From assembly GCA_964234715.1 (NCBI GenBank), contig OZ174279.1: a DNA stretch of 64,000 nucleotides; one strand, 5' to 3'. The notes beneath the pieces are model-generated. The model was not told the origin of the DNA, did not search any database, and was given only the letters and a program-made list of their open reading frames with translations. This DNA is from Podarcis melisellensis (lineage: Eukaryota). Position numbers and translations under genes: made by a program. Below are positions 10,957 to 23,579 of this stretch, one piece after another (positions within the stretch are counted from its first letter, which is position 1; every line of letters starts with the position of its first letter).

Positions 10957-13414
10957 GAGAAGGTATGTTTTATTTTATTGTACAATAGAAAATTGTCACA
11001 TATATGCTTGTCCTGTGTGCATCTGCTGCTGAGAGAGAGAGTGAAAAAAGAAAACAATAAACCCTGTGCATTAAAAAAAGCACATGGTTATATGTGCTGG
11101 GGACCACAGCAATCTAGGAATCCTTTGTTTACTTCTTATATGATATAGTATGCTATATTTCTCTGCTACATATGTGTATTTTGTATTGCAATGACCTTTG
11201 CTAATAAGCAATAAACTTGAAGCGAAAGAACAAAAACAACAACAACAAAATGTGAGCAAATTGTTAAAGAAACTATGATCTTAACTAGACATTATGGAGG
11301 TCTTGTGGCTGTTGCTGATATTCATCTCCCTAATGGCTAGTAAAAGTGGCACATGCGGTGATGTCATAGCATTCAGTGTTTCTCATTCCAGTTTATCACC
11401 TGATGTTTGCAGGGGCAAGGAAATGCTGAAAGTGATGCCCTCACACCATATATTTCTTTACTGGTGGGGGGAGGAATACAGCATTTATTTATTAAATGTA
11501 AGTTTCATCTAATGCAAAATGCCTCTAGGTGACTTACAATTAAAGCAAAAACATACAAATACAAAGGGGAAAAGGCCTCGATTCAGAGCAGCTACGGAGC
11601 CCCATAATTTCTACTTAGGGCCTCAAATTTTCCCCAAACATGTTGCTTTTAAACATGTGTGAGATTTCCCACATGCATGCATATGTACTGGGGAGTTTGT
11701 TAATCTAGTCTAATCAGTTATTGCTAGTGTGAAGGGAGATGTGAGCCTACTGATCTCCACCCCCCAGTAGAGTTATAATCTCTCTTCCAAAGTTCATGAG
11801 ACGTAGCCTCTTTGGTAGATGGTTTGGAGCTGAACCATCCCAGCTCGCTCACAAGCTCAACCCGTCACTTCAGCTCCTGAGGCTCTACAACCCACCCCCA
11901 CCACTAAATCAAAAGTCCCACCTTCACCAAGTGCTAAGAAACGAACAGTGCCCTGCCTCAATCTCATGGAAGTAACACCATTAAGGAATACAAATGGATT
12001 CTCTACTCTGATGTGTTTTCTCTCTGAGTAAAAGGGATCACTCATCCATCGCACAATTGTGTGAGAAACTTATTAGATTCATGCAGGCAAGTAGCAGCAT
12101 GTGATTAGCATTTGAGGACTGATGCAGTTAGGTACCAGGAGAGAATTGGGTATATGTTTTTCTCTTTATTTTTCCTTACCTAATGTGTGTTGTACTGGGA
12201 GAAGGTCTTTTTTCTGTGCCTCTCTGATGGTGCTGATCAATATATTCATGACTGTTACCCACCACAGAAGCTGAGAGAAAGTTTGATCAAAACAAGGATT
12301 CCTGAATGGGATGCATCAGCAGAATGAGTGAGGGCCTAGATGTGTCCATGGCGTAGCCGAGCCGTTTTTCTTGTTGCTGCAGATGCTGCTTGGCAGCCCT
12401 GCAAGGAAACTCTCATCCAGCAGGAAAGAAAACTCTGATGCCTCTCCAATAGTGGCAGGAACAGTCACGGTATAGCAACAACAGCAGCAGCAACAACAGC
12501 ATGCCGCAGCAGGAACTAGTTGAGATTTTTGAGGCTACATAGCCTTCATTCTTTGGAAAACAAGTAAACTACTTAATGTTGTTGAACACAACTGTTCAGA
12601 GCATAGTAGCAACCCGGCTGAATGCACCAGCTATGACCGCCAAGTTTGGTGGATTTTAAAAATGGCAACAGCTTTAAAACATACCCGCAAGCCAAAGGGA
12701 AAAAGTCGCCTGTTCTTTTAGCTTTCTGCCTGCTGTTACTTCACCTGTTCTCTGAACAAGATTTTTTTCCTGGTGCTATCGCCGACCCAGCACAAAAAGT
12801 ATTGACTGCTTATGGGTCACCCTTAGATATCTTAAAGAACATGATGATGTGCGAAAAGGCATTTTGCAAAAAGAGAGGGAAAAGCCTGTAAACTGTTTCA
12901 ACAGCTGTTTTGGCTTGGTATGTACAAGGACTCCTCTGCCAAGAAGCAAGGGCTGCTGAGGCTGAATCCAGCAATGTGTTAATGCCCAAGGGTATTGAAA
13001 GCAGGATGCCAAGGAGTTCACGTCCCACTGGAATGATATTTATGATACAGAAGAGAAGATGGAATAACATCAGAGGACTGGTTGCCCGACTGAAAGAGAT
13101 CAATCCCATCATTTGTCATCGCTCCAAGAACCCTGGCATTTTCAATGCCATTTGCTGCTCTAATCACTCATGTTATTGCTTAGGCTGTAAATACTTTCGG
13201 TGGCAGATCAATGCCCCGAGACACAGAGCAAAGAGGTATGTTAGTAGCAGATCAATGGCCAAGGGGGACATGCATTGATATTTTAGCCCTTGTGTTACAA
13301 ACCCAATGGTCAACAGGTAGCTTTGTGCCTTATTAGGCAAGCGGGGTTAATCACAAATCAACACCCCCACCCCCAAATACTGGTTTTACAACCAGTCCCT
13401 CTTCCAAGGAATGG

Positions 13415-13549
13415 CTCTGTGAGGGGAATAAGGGTCTTCTAACAACTCTCAAGACCCATAGCAAAATGCAGTCCCCATGATTCTTTGGAGGAAGCTACAA
13501 CCTTTAAGTGGTATGATGGCACTTTAAATGTGTGGGGCAGATGTAGGCC
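13415..13549 (-). mobile_element. Fragment of a squamate PIF/Harbinger-like MITE
   Basis: Terminal tttaaatgtgtggggcagatgtaggcc and internal gattctttggaggaagc resemble a common lizard MITE (recall only). Confidence 0.45.
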
Positions 13550-15227
13550 TTAGACGGCAACAGCTTTGTGGTAGGAATCTGTCTTTTTGCATATTGATGA
13601 TGATGATGGTATGAAAAACAGCGTTTGTCTTCTCATACTCCAAGACCCTGTTCTCCGGAGGCCCTTGGCATAACTACTTCTTACGGATGTACCTAAAAGA
13701 CCTACTACTTCCTTCCCAACGAAGAGCTTTTATGCCAGCAAGACTAAATGCTTTCCCCATCTGCAGTGACCACAGGTAGATACTTGCAAATTCCTTATCA
13801 AGCTTTGCCCAGCAGACTCTGCAAACAGATGCTGAGTAAGATATTGGACCTGTGACCCATGGCTCCAAGAGAAAGCCAAATGAGGTTCCTCCTAGTGGAT
13901 AGGGACAAGGATGCTTCCTTTTTAATCTCCATCTTACCTGGAAGGGTTATTAATGAATCATCCCTCTAGGCCCTGGAGTCTAGGGAATAGACAGGGTGAA
14001 GCAGAACTATCGAGTACCTTGTGATCCTCAACAGCCTCACTCCTGTCTCCATTTAAATTTATCCTAGTGTTTTGAAATGTTTTAACTTGTAATGCCAATG
14101 AAAGGATTTGTATTGTATTATTATGATTATGGTGGCAATGAAGAAAAAACAAGATGGATTTGGAAATACTTTAGCCTACTACCAATTCTGGTTTGTGAAG
14201 GGGAGCCCTCTGCTTATTTTACTGCATTGCACACATATTGGTAGCTGGATGCTGAACAAGAAAGATCAGGGTTCTAAACTGAGTGGGGAACCTACACAAG
14301 TAGAGAAATCCCCCACCTCAGAAGTTATCCTTCCAGCTCATGGAGGGAGATGGTGATGGCAGCAAGAATAGCACAGCTCGTACACTCATCCCAGCTCTGC
14401 CTCATTGCCTAAGTTCATGTCTGAACTGGGCTATGTGTGTTTTCAGTTGTAAAGGTATTGCAGACTTTAAACAAATCTTGTGTACAAGCTTTTCATACAT
14501 ATATTCTCCCATGAGCTTTTTTAATTCTCAAAAGGAATTTTATCTACTGGAAACACCTTATTCATTGTCAACACTCCCCTTGTCTCCAATTTTGTGTGAT
14601 TCCTTGGGTAATAATACCTAATATTAATTCTACTGATTCATCTGTAATAATGCAGTTGTGTTTGTACGTTGTTAAGGCTCTTTTCTAAGCCAACAACTGA
14701 TTAGTTGCCTTATTTTCCTAGGTTTAGTGATACTTAGATTAAGCAACTTCTATTGTGGAAATATTATACAAGTGTTCCAGGTTAGATGAAATAACATATT
14801 ACAGAGAAAATGGGTATGCTTCCCAAAATCCATGTATAATCCATGTATTAAGTCCTCCCTTCTCTATTGTTTTGTAAAATTTACCCCATGTCACTGACTG
14901 CTGCTGACATATTTTGGGAAACAAAGAACGTGATGATGTCAGGGCACAGAGCAAGTTTAACTGCATGTTCACTTCAATGGCAGTTGATCACAACCTGCAT
15001 TATTCCTGGCTGTGCTCCACATCAGTGGCAGAAGGTGGGATATTTATAATGTGTTTCCAGGTTTTCGAAGAACAGAGGTTGACTTACAGTAGGTCTGCTG
15101 TTTTCAGAGGTTCAATGTAGGTCGATTCATACAGCTGAAAATGGTGCTATCCTGTTCCGTTCTGTGAAAAGCAATTGGAGATTAATCACATGCTTTAATA
15201 AGTAGACTGAATATGAAGCTGTTATTA

Positions 15228-15322
15228 CAGGGATGATGAACCTCCAGATGTTGTTGGACACCAAATCCCATTGGCCATGGTGGCTAGGGATGATGAAGTC
15301 CAATACAGGTTTCCTATTCCTG
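15228..15322. mobile_element. Short degenerate palindromic hAT MITE
   Basis: cagggatg...cctccagatgttgttggac...gtccaa...cctg; related to 17138 and 23444 copies. Confidence 0.55.
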
Positions 15323-16290
15323 AATTACCATATGGTGGCGATGCACTGATAAAAATATATAATAGTTTAAAATGACCTCCCCTGTCACACACACACACAG
15401 AATTTTCATCAACATATATATTCATTTTTTTCTACAGTCAAGGTTTAGATTTTAAGGGTGGAATAGATGAGATCTCTTTATTTAATACATTCAATAATGT
15501 GCTTGATTGCTAACTGTATTGCCATCCTGAAAATCAATGCAGTAAATAAAAAAGCAAATAAATAGAAGTTTCCTCTTTTCTCCAAAACGATGGTAACCTT
15601 AAGTTATAACCTCTCTAAGTTTCTGTTTACAATTTCTGCCTGATTTTCCCTAAACGTGTTTCTTTTTTTCGTCCTATAATCTCTGGCCAGATCTTCAAAC
15701 AGATCGTTAAAGCAGCTTTTAAAAATGTATCAAAATGAATTCCATTTTTGGGTGGCTAATTTAATTTTAGGGAAATGCCTGTGTGGCGTATGTTACAAGA
15801 ATTTCTATAAGATACATTTTATCCCAACAGTGAGGATTATCTGACTTTTAGAAGCTAATCCTCTTGAATGGTATGTCTCAGTCCTCTGAGAAGACATGTA
15901 AGATTTTTAACATTACAAGTGTTTCAATTTTATCTTTATTCATTCGGATGGTGACACTTGAAGAAGCCTGCCCCCTTTTCAGCGTAAGGATGGGTAATAT
16001 TTCTCACGCCACGTTTGGAGACTTTGCCAATTATGTCCTATTATCATAAGGAGCATCTTACGCTTACCATTTTTAAAATTCTCTTTCCCCTTCTTTCTTA
16101 CTTCACAATATATCCCATGGAGCTTTTCATCTCAAGCATCAGTTAACGGAAAGGTGGCTCACCAATTTGCTACTCTTTCTGACATTTGAGGAAGAAAAAA
16201 ACCATCGTGGTGAGAGAACACATTTAGATAGGATTATGCACACAGAGCTCAGTGAACAAGTTCTGTATTTGAATACATATACAGTTTCAC

Positions 16291-16415
16291 CAGGGCTTTT
16301 TCCAGCTGGAACTCAGTTCTGGCACCTCTCAGGTGAGTGCCATTGCCATCGTAAGAGAACAAGGGAGGCGTTCATGGTGAGTTCCAGCAACTCTTTTTCT
16401 TGAAAAATAGCACTG
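16291..16415 (+). mobile_element. hAT MITE (cagggcttttt / aaaatagcactg family), uninterrupted copy
   Basis: Imperfect TIRs; 8-bp TSD agtttcac / agtctcac (7/8); same family as the host element at 56850-57376. Confidence 0.85.
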
Positions 16416-16433
16416 AGTCTCACCATACACTTA

Positions 16434-16785
16434 GGTAAAGGTAAAGGGACCCCTGACCATTAGGTCCGGTCGCGGACAACTCTGGGGTTGCAGGGCTCAT
16501 CTCGTTTATTTGCCAAGGGAGCCGGCGTACAGCTTCTGGGTCATGTCGACAGCATGACTAAGCCACTTCTGGCGAACCAGAGCAGCGCACAGAAACGTCA
16601 TTTACCTTCCTGCCGGAGTGGTACCTACTTATCTACTTGCACTTTGATGTGCTTTCGAACTGCTAGGTTGGCAGGAGCAGGGACCGAGCAACGGGAGCTC
16701 ACCCCATCGCAGGGATTCGGACCGCCGACCTTCTGATTGGTAAGTCCTAGGCTCTATGGTTTAACCCACAGCGCCACCTGCGTCC
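16434..16785 (-). mobile_element. Sauria SINE (Squam1), full length
   Basis: Reverse complement of the 552 element; TSD tcaccatacactta (16420-16433) / tcaccatagactta (16786-16799). Confidence 0.95.
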
Positions 16786-17137
16786 TCACCATAGACTTAC
16801 TGATAAGCATATTCTGTTAGCACCAGCACATGTTGTTGTCGTTTATTAATTTATATATTGGAAGACTTTCACGGGTATTCCAAGACCTGGCAGATGACCC
16901 TTCTTGGGGGGAAAAACTTTCATATACTCAAAGTGTCCAGGGTCCAAAGTCCTTGGACCACTTCTTTGCCTTTCGGTTTAATTTTATTTCATATACAAGC
17001 ACAGGAGCTCAGGAACATCAGGTCCCACAGGTGTTTGAGAAAGTCTGGATTTAGTACAGTTTAAGGCTACCCTTTTCTTCTTTTGTGAAACAATAAATTG
17101 TAAGGTTTTTTTATTTAGACCATGGAACCCTTTGTAA

Positions 17138-17267
17138 CTCGCATTCCCAAAGTCGGCCCTCCAGCTGTTTTGGGACTACAACTCCCATCATCCCTAACTA
17201 ACAGGACCAGTGGTCAGGGATGATGGGAACTGTAGTCCCAAAACAGCTGGAGGGCCAAGGATGCCTG
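17138..17267. mobile_element. Palindromic ~130-bp hAT (Charlie-like) MITE
   Basis: Arms ggccctccagctgttttgggactaca..cccatcatccct / agggatgatggg..tgtagtcccaaaacagctggagggcc; perfect TSD ctttgtaa (17130-17137, 17268-17275). Confidence 0.9.
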
Positions 17268-18741
17268 CTTTGTAACCATAGACCATATATCCTTTCCTTC
17301 TTAGTATGCTTTCTTATTGACTCAGTAAATCACATAGCTGTATCCCATGTGTTCTTAGTGGCAATTGTGGGAACTTGCTATTTTTAAACCAGGTTACTCC
17401 CCCAATTTCTTTTATCTGTAAGCTGTCTGTTGTTACTAAAATCCAATTTTAAAAAAGGGGGGATATACTTCTTACATGCCAAAATGGCTGCTAAGCCGTT
17501 TACAAGTATAAATTCAATTACATGACATCCACTCTTAATTAAAATGCACAATAACGCAGTTCCATCAATATATGGAAAACATCCATAATGAAAATATACC
17601 TACCATATGCTCGCCATATGTGTATGACTGAACCATGAGGAACAAGAAGAGAGAATCTGTTATGTGAATAAAATTATAACATATTCTATCCAGCTCTATA
17701 GCCAGTGCTGGCCATACCACTGGGCCTCTAGAATTCTATGGTTCTATGACAATTGAAGTGTGAGTCTAACCCAGTCCACCACAACATCCAGTTACTCGTC
17801 CATCCATCTCTGTACCCAAGGCTGTGTTTCCCCCAAGTCAGGTGTTTCATCTTGAGTCCACAGCTGTTGATTGTGGCTTTCATACCTTAAGATGGACTGA
17901 AGCCACAAAAAACAATTCTACCCACTGGTCATTTGCCTTGCAAATCAGCCTAGTTTTGTCTCAGAATCTCACAGCTCCAAAGAACATCAGGAACCCCTTA
18001 TTTCTGAACACCTCCAGCTCCGTGTAATTCCACAGTGCAGACACCAAGGCTGCCAGGATTCCTAACTTGGAAATGTGGAAACAGCAACTTGAGAGTGGCC
18101 CGACTGAGTCTTGCTGATTCAGGACTTAAGCAAAAAAAACTTGCTCCATCAAAACCATGCCGCCACATTCCGTACAAACTACATTGAAAAAACGTGTTAT
18201 TGCATTTTATCCGGCTCTGCAAAACTACATTGTGTGTCATGGCACCACATGACATGCAGCCCTATGTAATGCAACACACATTGGAGATAAATTCCCTTTT
18301 TCCATTGTGGCTAGGAGTAAATTACAGATAGGAGCTTACCATAATGAACCACAAGCTGGCAAGCCAACCGGATTTCTGTCTGACCAAATTATTATCAAGA
18401 GAGTTCAACTGTTCTCAAGTTCAATGGTTAAAAGGGGGGGGGGCTGGGAGAGACTTAAGAAGGTAACCGTGGTGATTTATGGTTTCTTTAACTTTCAAGT
18501 TCTGTGCAGGCCACAAAGAGTGGATTCTGTCTTCTAGTTATGCTTGCTTGGTATTCATTTAATTGTTCTTGTTTTTTTAGTATACCCTGCTTAGGAACCA
18601 AAGTTTATATTTAAACTGCAATAAAATAGATTGTAGTGCCACAGTCACAAGAGCAGAGCAAAGGTTATATAAATCCCTTACCCACTTAAAATGGGACACT
18701 TGGAGGATATGGGCTTAGGGTGGCATAACCATGACTGTCAA

Positions 18742-19090
18742 GGGACGTGGGTGGCGCTGTGGGTTAAACCACAGAGCCTAGGATCAGAAGGTCGGCGGTT
18801 CGAATCCCCGCGACGGGGTGAGCTCCTGTTGCTTGGTCCCTGCTCCTGCCAACCTAGCAGTTCAAAAGCACGTCAAAGTGCAAGTAGATAAATAGGTATT
18901 GGTCCGTCGGAAAGGTAAACGGCGTTTCCGTGTGCTGCTCTGGTTCACCAGAAGCGGCTTAGTCATGCTGGCTACATGACCCGGAAGCTGTATGCCGGCT
19001 CCCTTGGCCAATAAAGCGAGATCAACGCCGCAACCCCAGAGTCGTCTGCGACTGGACCTAATGGTCAGGGGTCCCTTTACCTTTACCTTT
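18742..19090 (+). mobile_element. Sauria SINE (Squam1) with small deletion in the head
   Basis: gggacgtgggtggcgctgtgg head, (ACCTTT)n tail, TSD aaccatgactgt / aaccatgagtgt. Confidence 0.95.
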
Positions 19091-20018
19091 AACCATGAGT
19101 GTGAGTGACTGAAACAAGCACTGGGACCATTGGGATCCTGAAGTTTGAGCGATATTAATGGTCGCCAAGCTTCAGCAGTTGACGGTGTCTGTCTCGAGCA
19201 GGAGTAATCACAGGTCCATTGTTTTCTTTTTAAAAGCCCATTGGTTTCCTTTTTTAAAAGAACATGTAATCATGCAGTGCATTGGTAGGGCCCTATTTAT
19301 CTGCACCGAAGCCATAACCATAGATGGCCATAACTATATATCACACAACAGATCATTTCAAATGTGTTCTTCTTCCCTTTTCCCATAGGGGCGTCACTAT
19401 GGAGAATTCTTTAAATAAAGATTAATGGGCATTGTCCCCACTGTTCATTTGTTCTGTTGTGAGAGGTAATTTAATTATTGTGTAAATAATTAAACAGCAT
19501 AATTAATTATATAGCTTGAGGAAGCTTTTAAGCATGCTTATTCTTGTGATGGCTTGTCAGCCAGCTCTTACTTCAGTTGACAGATGGAGCCTTCTAATAT
19601 ACTGCTCTCACTTACATTAGTCCAATAAAATATAAATCTGAGGGAAACTCACTTTAAAGTCATCATCAGTCATTTCTATATTTTGAATGTTATGATACTC
19701 AGTAATCCCAATACAAGATGGTCCACGTAAACCAGTTGTTCTAATTAAAAGCATATTTAAACAATGTGGAGTGAGGATCTACCAAATTGTCTGGCTGCAA
19801 GTGAGCCCTGCTGATTTCTGAGAAGGTACATCTAGGATTCTGGTGAGATAATTTTAAGAGAAGGCTTCAGTTAAGCAGGGGCTGAAGAGGAGTTACCTTT
19901 GCTATATTGCATTTCTGTGTAATTGTTTTCTGGTGTATAGTGATAATTACTTAACAATCTAATGACAGGGGAAACAGGGCCATTCCCAGCACATGCTGCT
20001 TATCAATGGCTCCTAAAT

Positions 20019-21419
20019 TAGGGCTGCCAGACATCCCCGGTTCCCGGGGACTGTCCCCGGATTCACCAATCTGTCCCCAGACAAAATCTGTCCCCAGAAT
20101 GCCCCCGGATTTTAATGTCCCCAGATTTATGCTTGGGGACTTCTGGCAAGGCAACATGGCGGGCGCCATGGCAGAGAGCAGCACCGGAGGTCCCAGCAAC
20201 ATCAAAGTTACAGCCAGCCAACCTGGGGGGGGGGTGCTATTTAAACTGAGGTGTGAGACAGAGAGCTTTTTTCTGGCTCACTTCCTCGATCAAAGCTCAC
20301 CCCGAACTCACGCAGAGCCCATGGCACTCTTCTGCTGCGGGCTCTGCATGCCCAAGTGGGGGGGGGGCGAGTGAGGTGCTGAGGCGGTGAAGAAGAGGAG
20401 GAGAAGCATAGAAAAGAGCTGTGCCGCGGTTGAGAGAGAGAGAGATGGAGAGCTGCAGTAGCTTCTCATGGGAACAAAGAGGCGTGAAAGCAAAGGCTGG
20501 GGAAAACGGGACTGGGGGAAACAGGGGGGGGGGGAGGAAGGCAGGCAGGTGGGCGGGCTCCTTTGCTTTCTCTCCCTCCAATGGCCAATGCAGATATGGT
20601 AAGTTTAATGGGGGGCAAGGAAGAGTTTGGAAGAGAGGAAGAGTTTGGATTTGATATCCCGCTTTATCACTACCCTAAGGAGTCCTAAAACAGCTAACAT
20701 TCTCCTTTCCCTTCCTCCCCCACAACAAACACTCTGTGAGGTGAGTGAGGCTGAGAGACTTCAGAGAAGTGTGACTGGCCCAAGGTCACCCAGCAGCTGC
20801 ATGTGGAGGAGCAGGGAAGCGAACCCGGTTCCCCAGATTACGAGACTACCACTCTTAACCACTACACCACACTGGCTCACTGGTGCTGCGGCACCCCTTG
20901 TCCCCTGCGGTGCCACGCTGGCTTACCACCGGGAGTGGGGCATGGGGGTGGGGTGGGGGTTGAAACATTCTCGGGAGACAGAGCCTCCCTCCCTCCCTCT
21001 GTGCCTTCTCTGGCACCAGCAGCTTCTCTTGTGAGAAGGGCTGCGTGCGAGTCCGCTGTTTGTCCACCTCTGGTAAAGAGACACCACCACCGCCGGTTAA
21101 ATCTCCATAGAGACTGCACTCACCCTTCAGTGGTCTCCCGGTTATTGGAAGCCGGTGCCTTATTTGTGTTTTAATATGTGTTTTCCCAAGACCAGCAAGC
21201 GCCTTTACTCAATCTCTCCCCCCACCTCTTTTTTTGGCGTTTGTGTGTTTGTAGATGGGCTTCTCTGCCTGCCTTGTGTTGAGGTGCACGCCCGACAACT
21301 TTGGGGTCCCGCCTTAAAAAAAGGTCAAGAACTCTGGGCAACCCTTTCCTAAAATAAAGCATGAAATTAGAAAAAGAAGAAGTGTCCCTGGATTCCTTGG
21401 AAAAAATCTGGTAACCATA
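20019..21419. mobile_element. 1.4-kb non-autonomous hAT element (tagggctgccaga-type TIR) carrying an internal SINE
   Basis: TIRs tagggctgccaga / tctggtaaccata; perfect 8-bp TSD tcctaaat (20011-20018, 21420-21427); subterminal tgtcccc repeats at both ends. Confidence 0.9.
20619..20878 (-). mobile_element. Squam3-like tRNA/CORE SINE, full length
   Basis: Minus strand reads gagccagtgtggtgtagtggttaagag (A box) ... gggttcgcttccc (B box) ... ggtgaccttgggccagtcac (CORE) ... gcgggatatcaaatccaaactcttcc tail. Confidence 0.88.
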
Positions 21420-21672
21420 TCCTAAATGCCTAAGAATCATGATTATGGCTCAGTATGGGGTATAGTTAACTAAGTAACAAGTTTCTTGTTCTTACTTGCA
21501 TAGTTGTAATGATGCTGTCTCCAGGTTGGGCTGGTTTCCCCAATAACAAACAAGGTTGTGCTTTGCAGCAAACCTTGCCTTTGCTAGCTGCTGTCACATA
21601 GACCTCCTCCACTTTAATTTGACTATCTAGTTCCAACCATCATTTTAGGTTGCATCTACCCCAAACAGAATA

Positions 21673-22024
21673 GGGAAGCGGGTGGCGCTGTGGGTTAAGC
21701 CACAGAGCCTAGGACTTGCCGATCAGAAGGTCGGTGGTTCGAATCCCCGTGACAGGGTGAGCTCCCGTTGCTTGGTCCCTGCTCCTGCCAACCTAGCAGT
21801 TCGAAAGCACGTCAAAGTGCAAGTAGATAAACAGGTACCTCTCCGGCGGGAAGGTAAACGACGTTTCCGTGTGCTGCTCCGGTTTGCCAGAAGCGGCTTA
21901 GTCATGCTGGCCACATCACCCAGAAGCTGTACGCCGGCTCCCTCGGCCAGGAAAGCGAGATGAGCACTGTAACCCCAGAGTCAGCCACGACTGGACCTAA
22001 TGGTCAGGGGTCCCATTACCTTTT
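21673..22024 (+). mobile_element. Sauria SINE (Squam1), full length
   Basis: Same consensus; perfect 14-bp TSD taccccaaacagaa (21657-21670, 22025-22038). Confidence 0.95.
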
Positions 22025-23443
22025 TACCCCAAACAGAACTGCATGTGGACTGTATCACTTCAGATAGCAGTTTTGGTGGGGACTGCATGCTTGAGCACTC
22101 TCCCCAGTAAAGCCCCCAACTTAGTAAGCTGGCATACTAGGAATGGCTAGGCTAGAATCTTCTCTCTAGTACTCAGTTTCCTAGGAAAGGGGAGTATCAG
22201 TTATGCTATTGTTGCACATATATGTCTTCAGCCTAAAGCATTAATATTCTAGAAGCAGTTTTAGGAGGTCGTCAGCTGTTTATGTAGACTTGGCCGCCAG
22301 AGGTGGTGAATCTCCCGTCTCCCATCTCTTTTGGTGTACTGTTATCTGTGATTCTATAGATATCATTCTAATGCCTGAGAGAAAATTAAAGTCAAAAGTG
22401 TGGGTGGATAGGTTGGATTCTTACATTCTAAATATTCCACCTGAAAACTGAAAAACAAAATGAAGAAGATTTTTTTCCTCCTAAAAGCACATGCGTGTGT
22501 ACATTATTGCTTACTGCTGTTAAGTATTGCTATTGTTAAAATGCTCTGCCACTGTTTATTACGCTTGCACCAAAATAAATGCCTGTAACACAGACTTTTT
22601 GCATAAAGAGATCACTTGAACAGGTTGTTTAGTTTTGGTAATATAATTTGACATCTAAACATAAGCTGAGCGGGATCTCACACAAACACTTTGATAATAT
22701 GATTCATTGTCAAATGTTTGCTTTGTCTATCTGGTACTCATTAATTAATTCTTTTTAATATAGCCTGGCTTTACCGATTTGGAAAAAGAGAATTATTCTT
22801 ATTGATGTTGCTAAAATATCCAGGTGGTTTGAATTCTACCGACGAGATGCTCTAATCGAGCACATTTGTGTAGCCCTAATCAAATCTCTGCTAACAGATG
22901 TGAAGCACCCAGTAGTGGAGAAAATGTTTGTGTCTATATGATAATTAAATTACATCAATAAAGAGGAGGAATGAACAATGATGGCTATAGTTTCTTTAAA
23001 CCCAGGTTATCGTTGTTAAGCAGACCCTTCATTAAATCCCCTCTTTTTTAAAAAAAATAGGACAAACTTTTATATTTCAAAAACAAAAATAGATGCCTTG
23101 GTATTGTAGCTTCACTTGTGAGCTTCACCGTAGTAGATCTTTGAGGCTGGTGGCATGTACAAACCTGCCTTCAAATAAATATCACTAATTTGTAATCATT
23201 TTCAAGGAGGGGTGGGGGATGTACTAGATTCGATTACCTCCTTCCCCATTTAAATTGCCCTTCTAATTCAAACAGTTTTGAGCATACAGGTTACAGGTTC
23301 CCATCTTCGGATACCGGCTGTTACATGCAACTAGTTACTAGTGACTGGAGCTGAAGCAGGGCTACAGACTCCCAACATCCATGGTTGATAAAATCTATTC
23401 ATCCCTGTGGCCCTTTTGTAATAGTTCTGGGCTGGATCTAGAC

Positions 23444-23579
23444 CAGACACCGGCAAACTTGACCCTCCAGATGTTCTGAGACTACAATTCCCATCATCCC
23501 TGACCACTGGTCCTGTTAGCTAGGGATGATGGGAGTTGTAGTCTCAAAAGATCTAGAGGGCCAAGCTTGCCTATGCCTG
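23444..23579. mobile_element. Palindromic hAT (Charlie-like) MITE
   Basis: Same family as 17138; TSD atctagac / gcctagac, close to the NTCTAGAN target preference of Charlie-type hATs. Confidence 0.88.

Noticed and set aside
12365-13278. Exon-like segment after ttgctgcag near 12382, CAG/CAA run and ORFs 12810-13278
   Set aside because: Translations match no family I recognise and splice signals are not jointly convincing.
20006-21174. Cluster of 120-135 aa ORFs; also 31267-31773
   Set aside because: They arise from GC-rich transposon interior and antisense Squam3 SINE; no transposase motifs.
22290-22310. CTCF-like ggccgccagaggtggtg
   Set aside because: The 3' half does not fit the GGCR core register.
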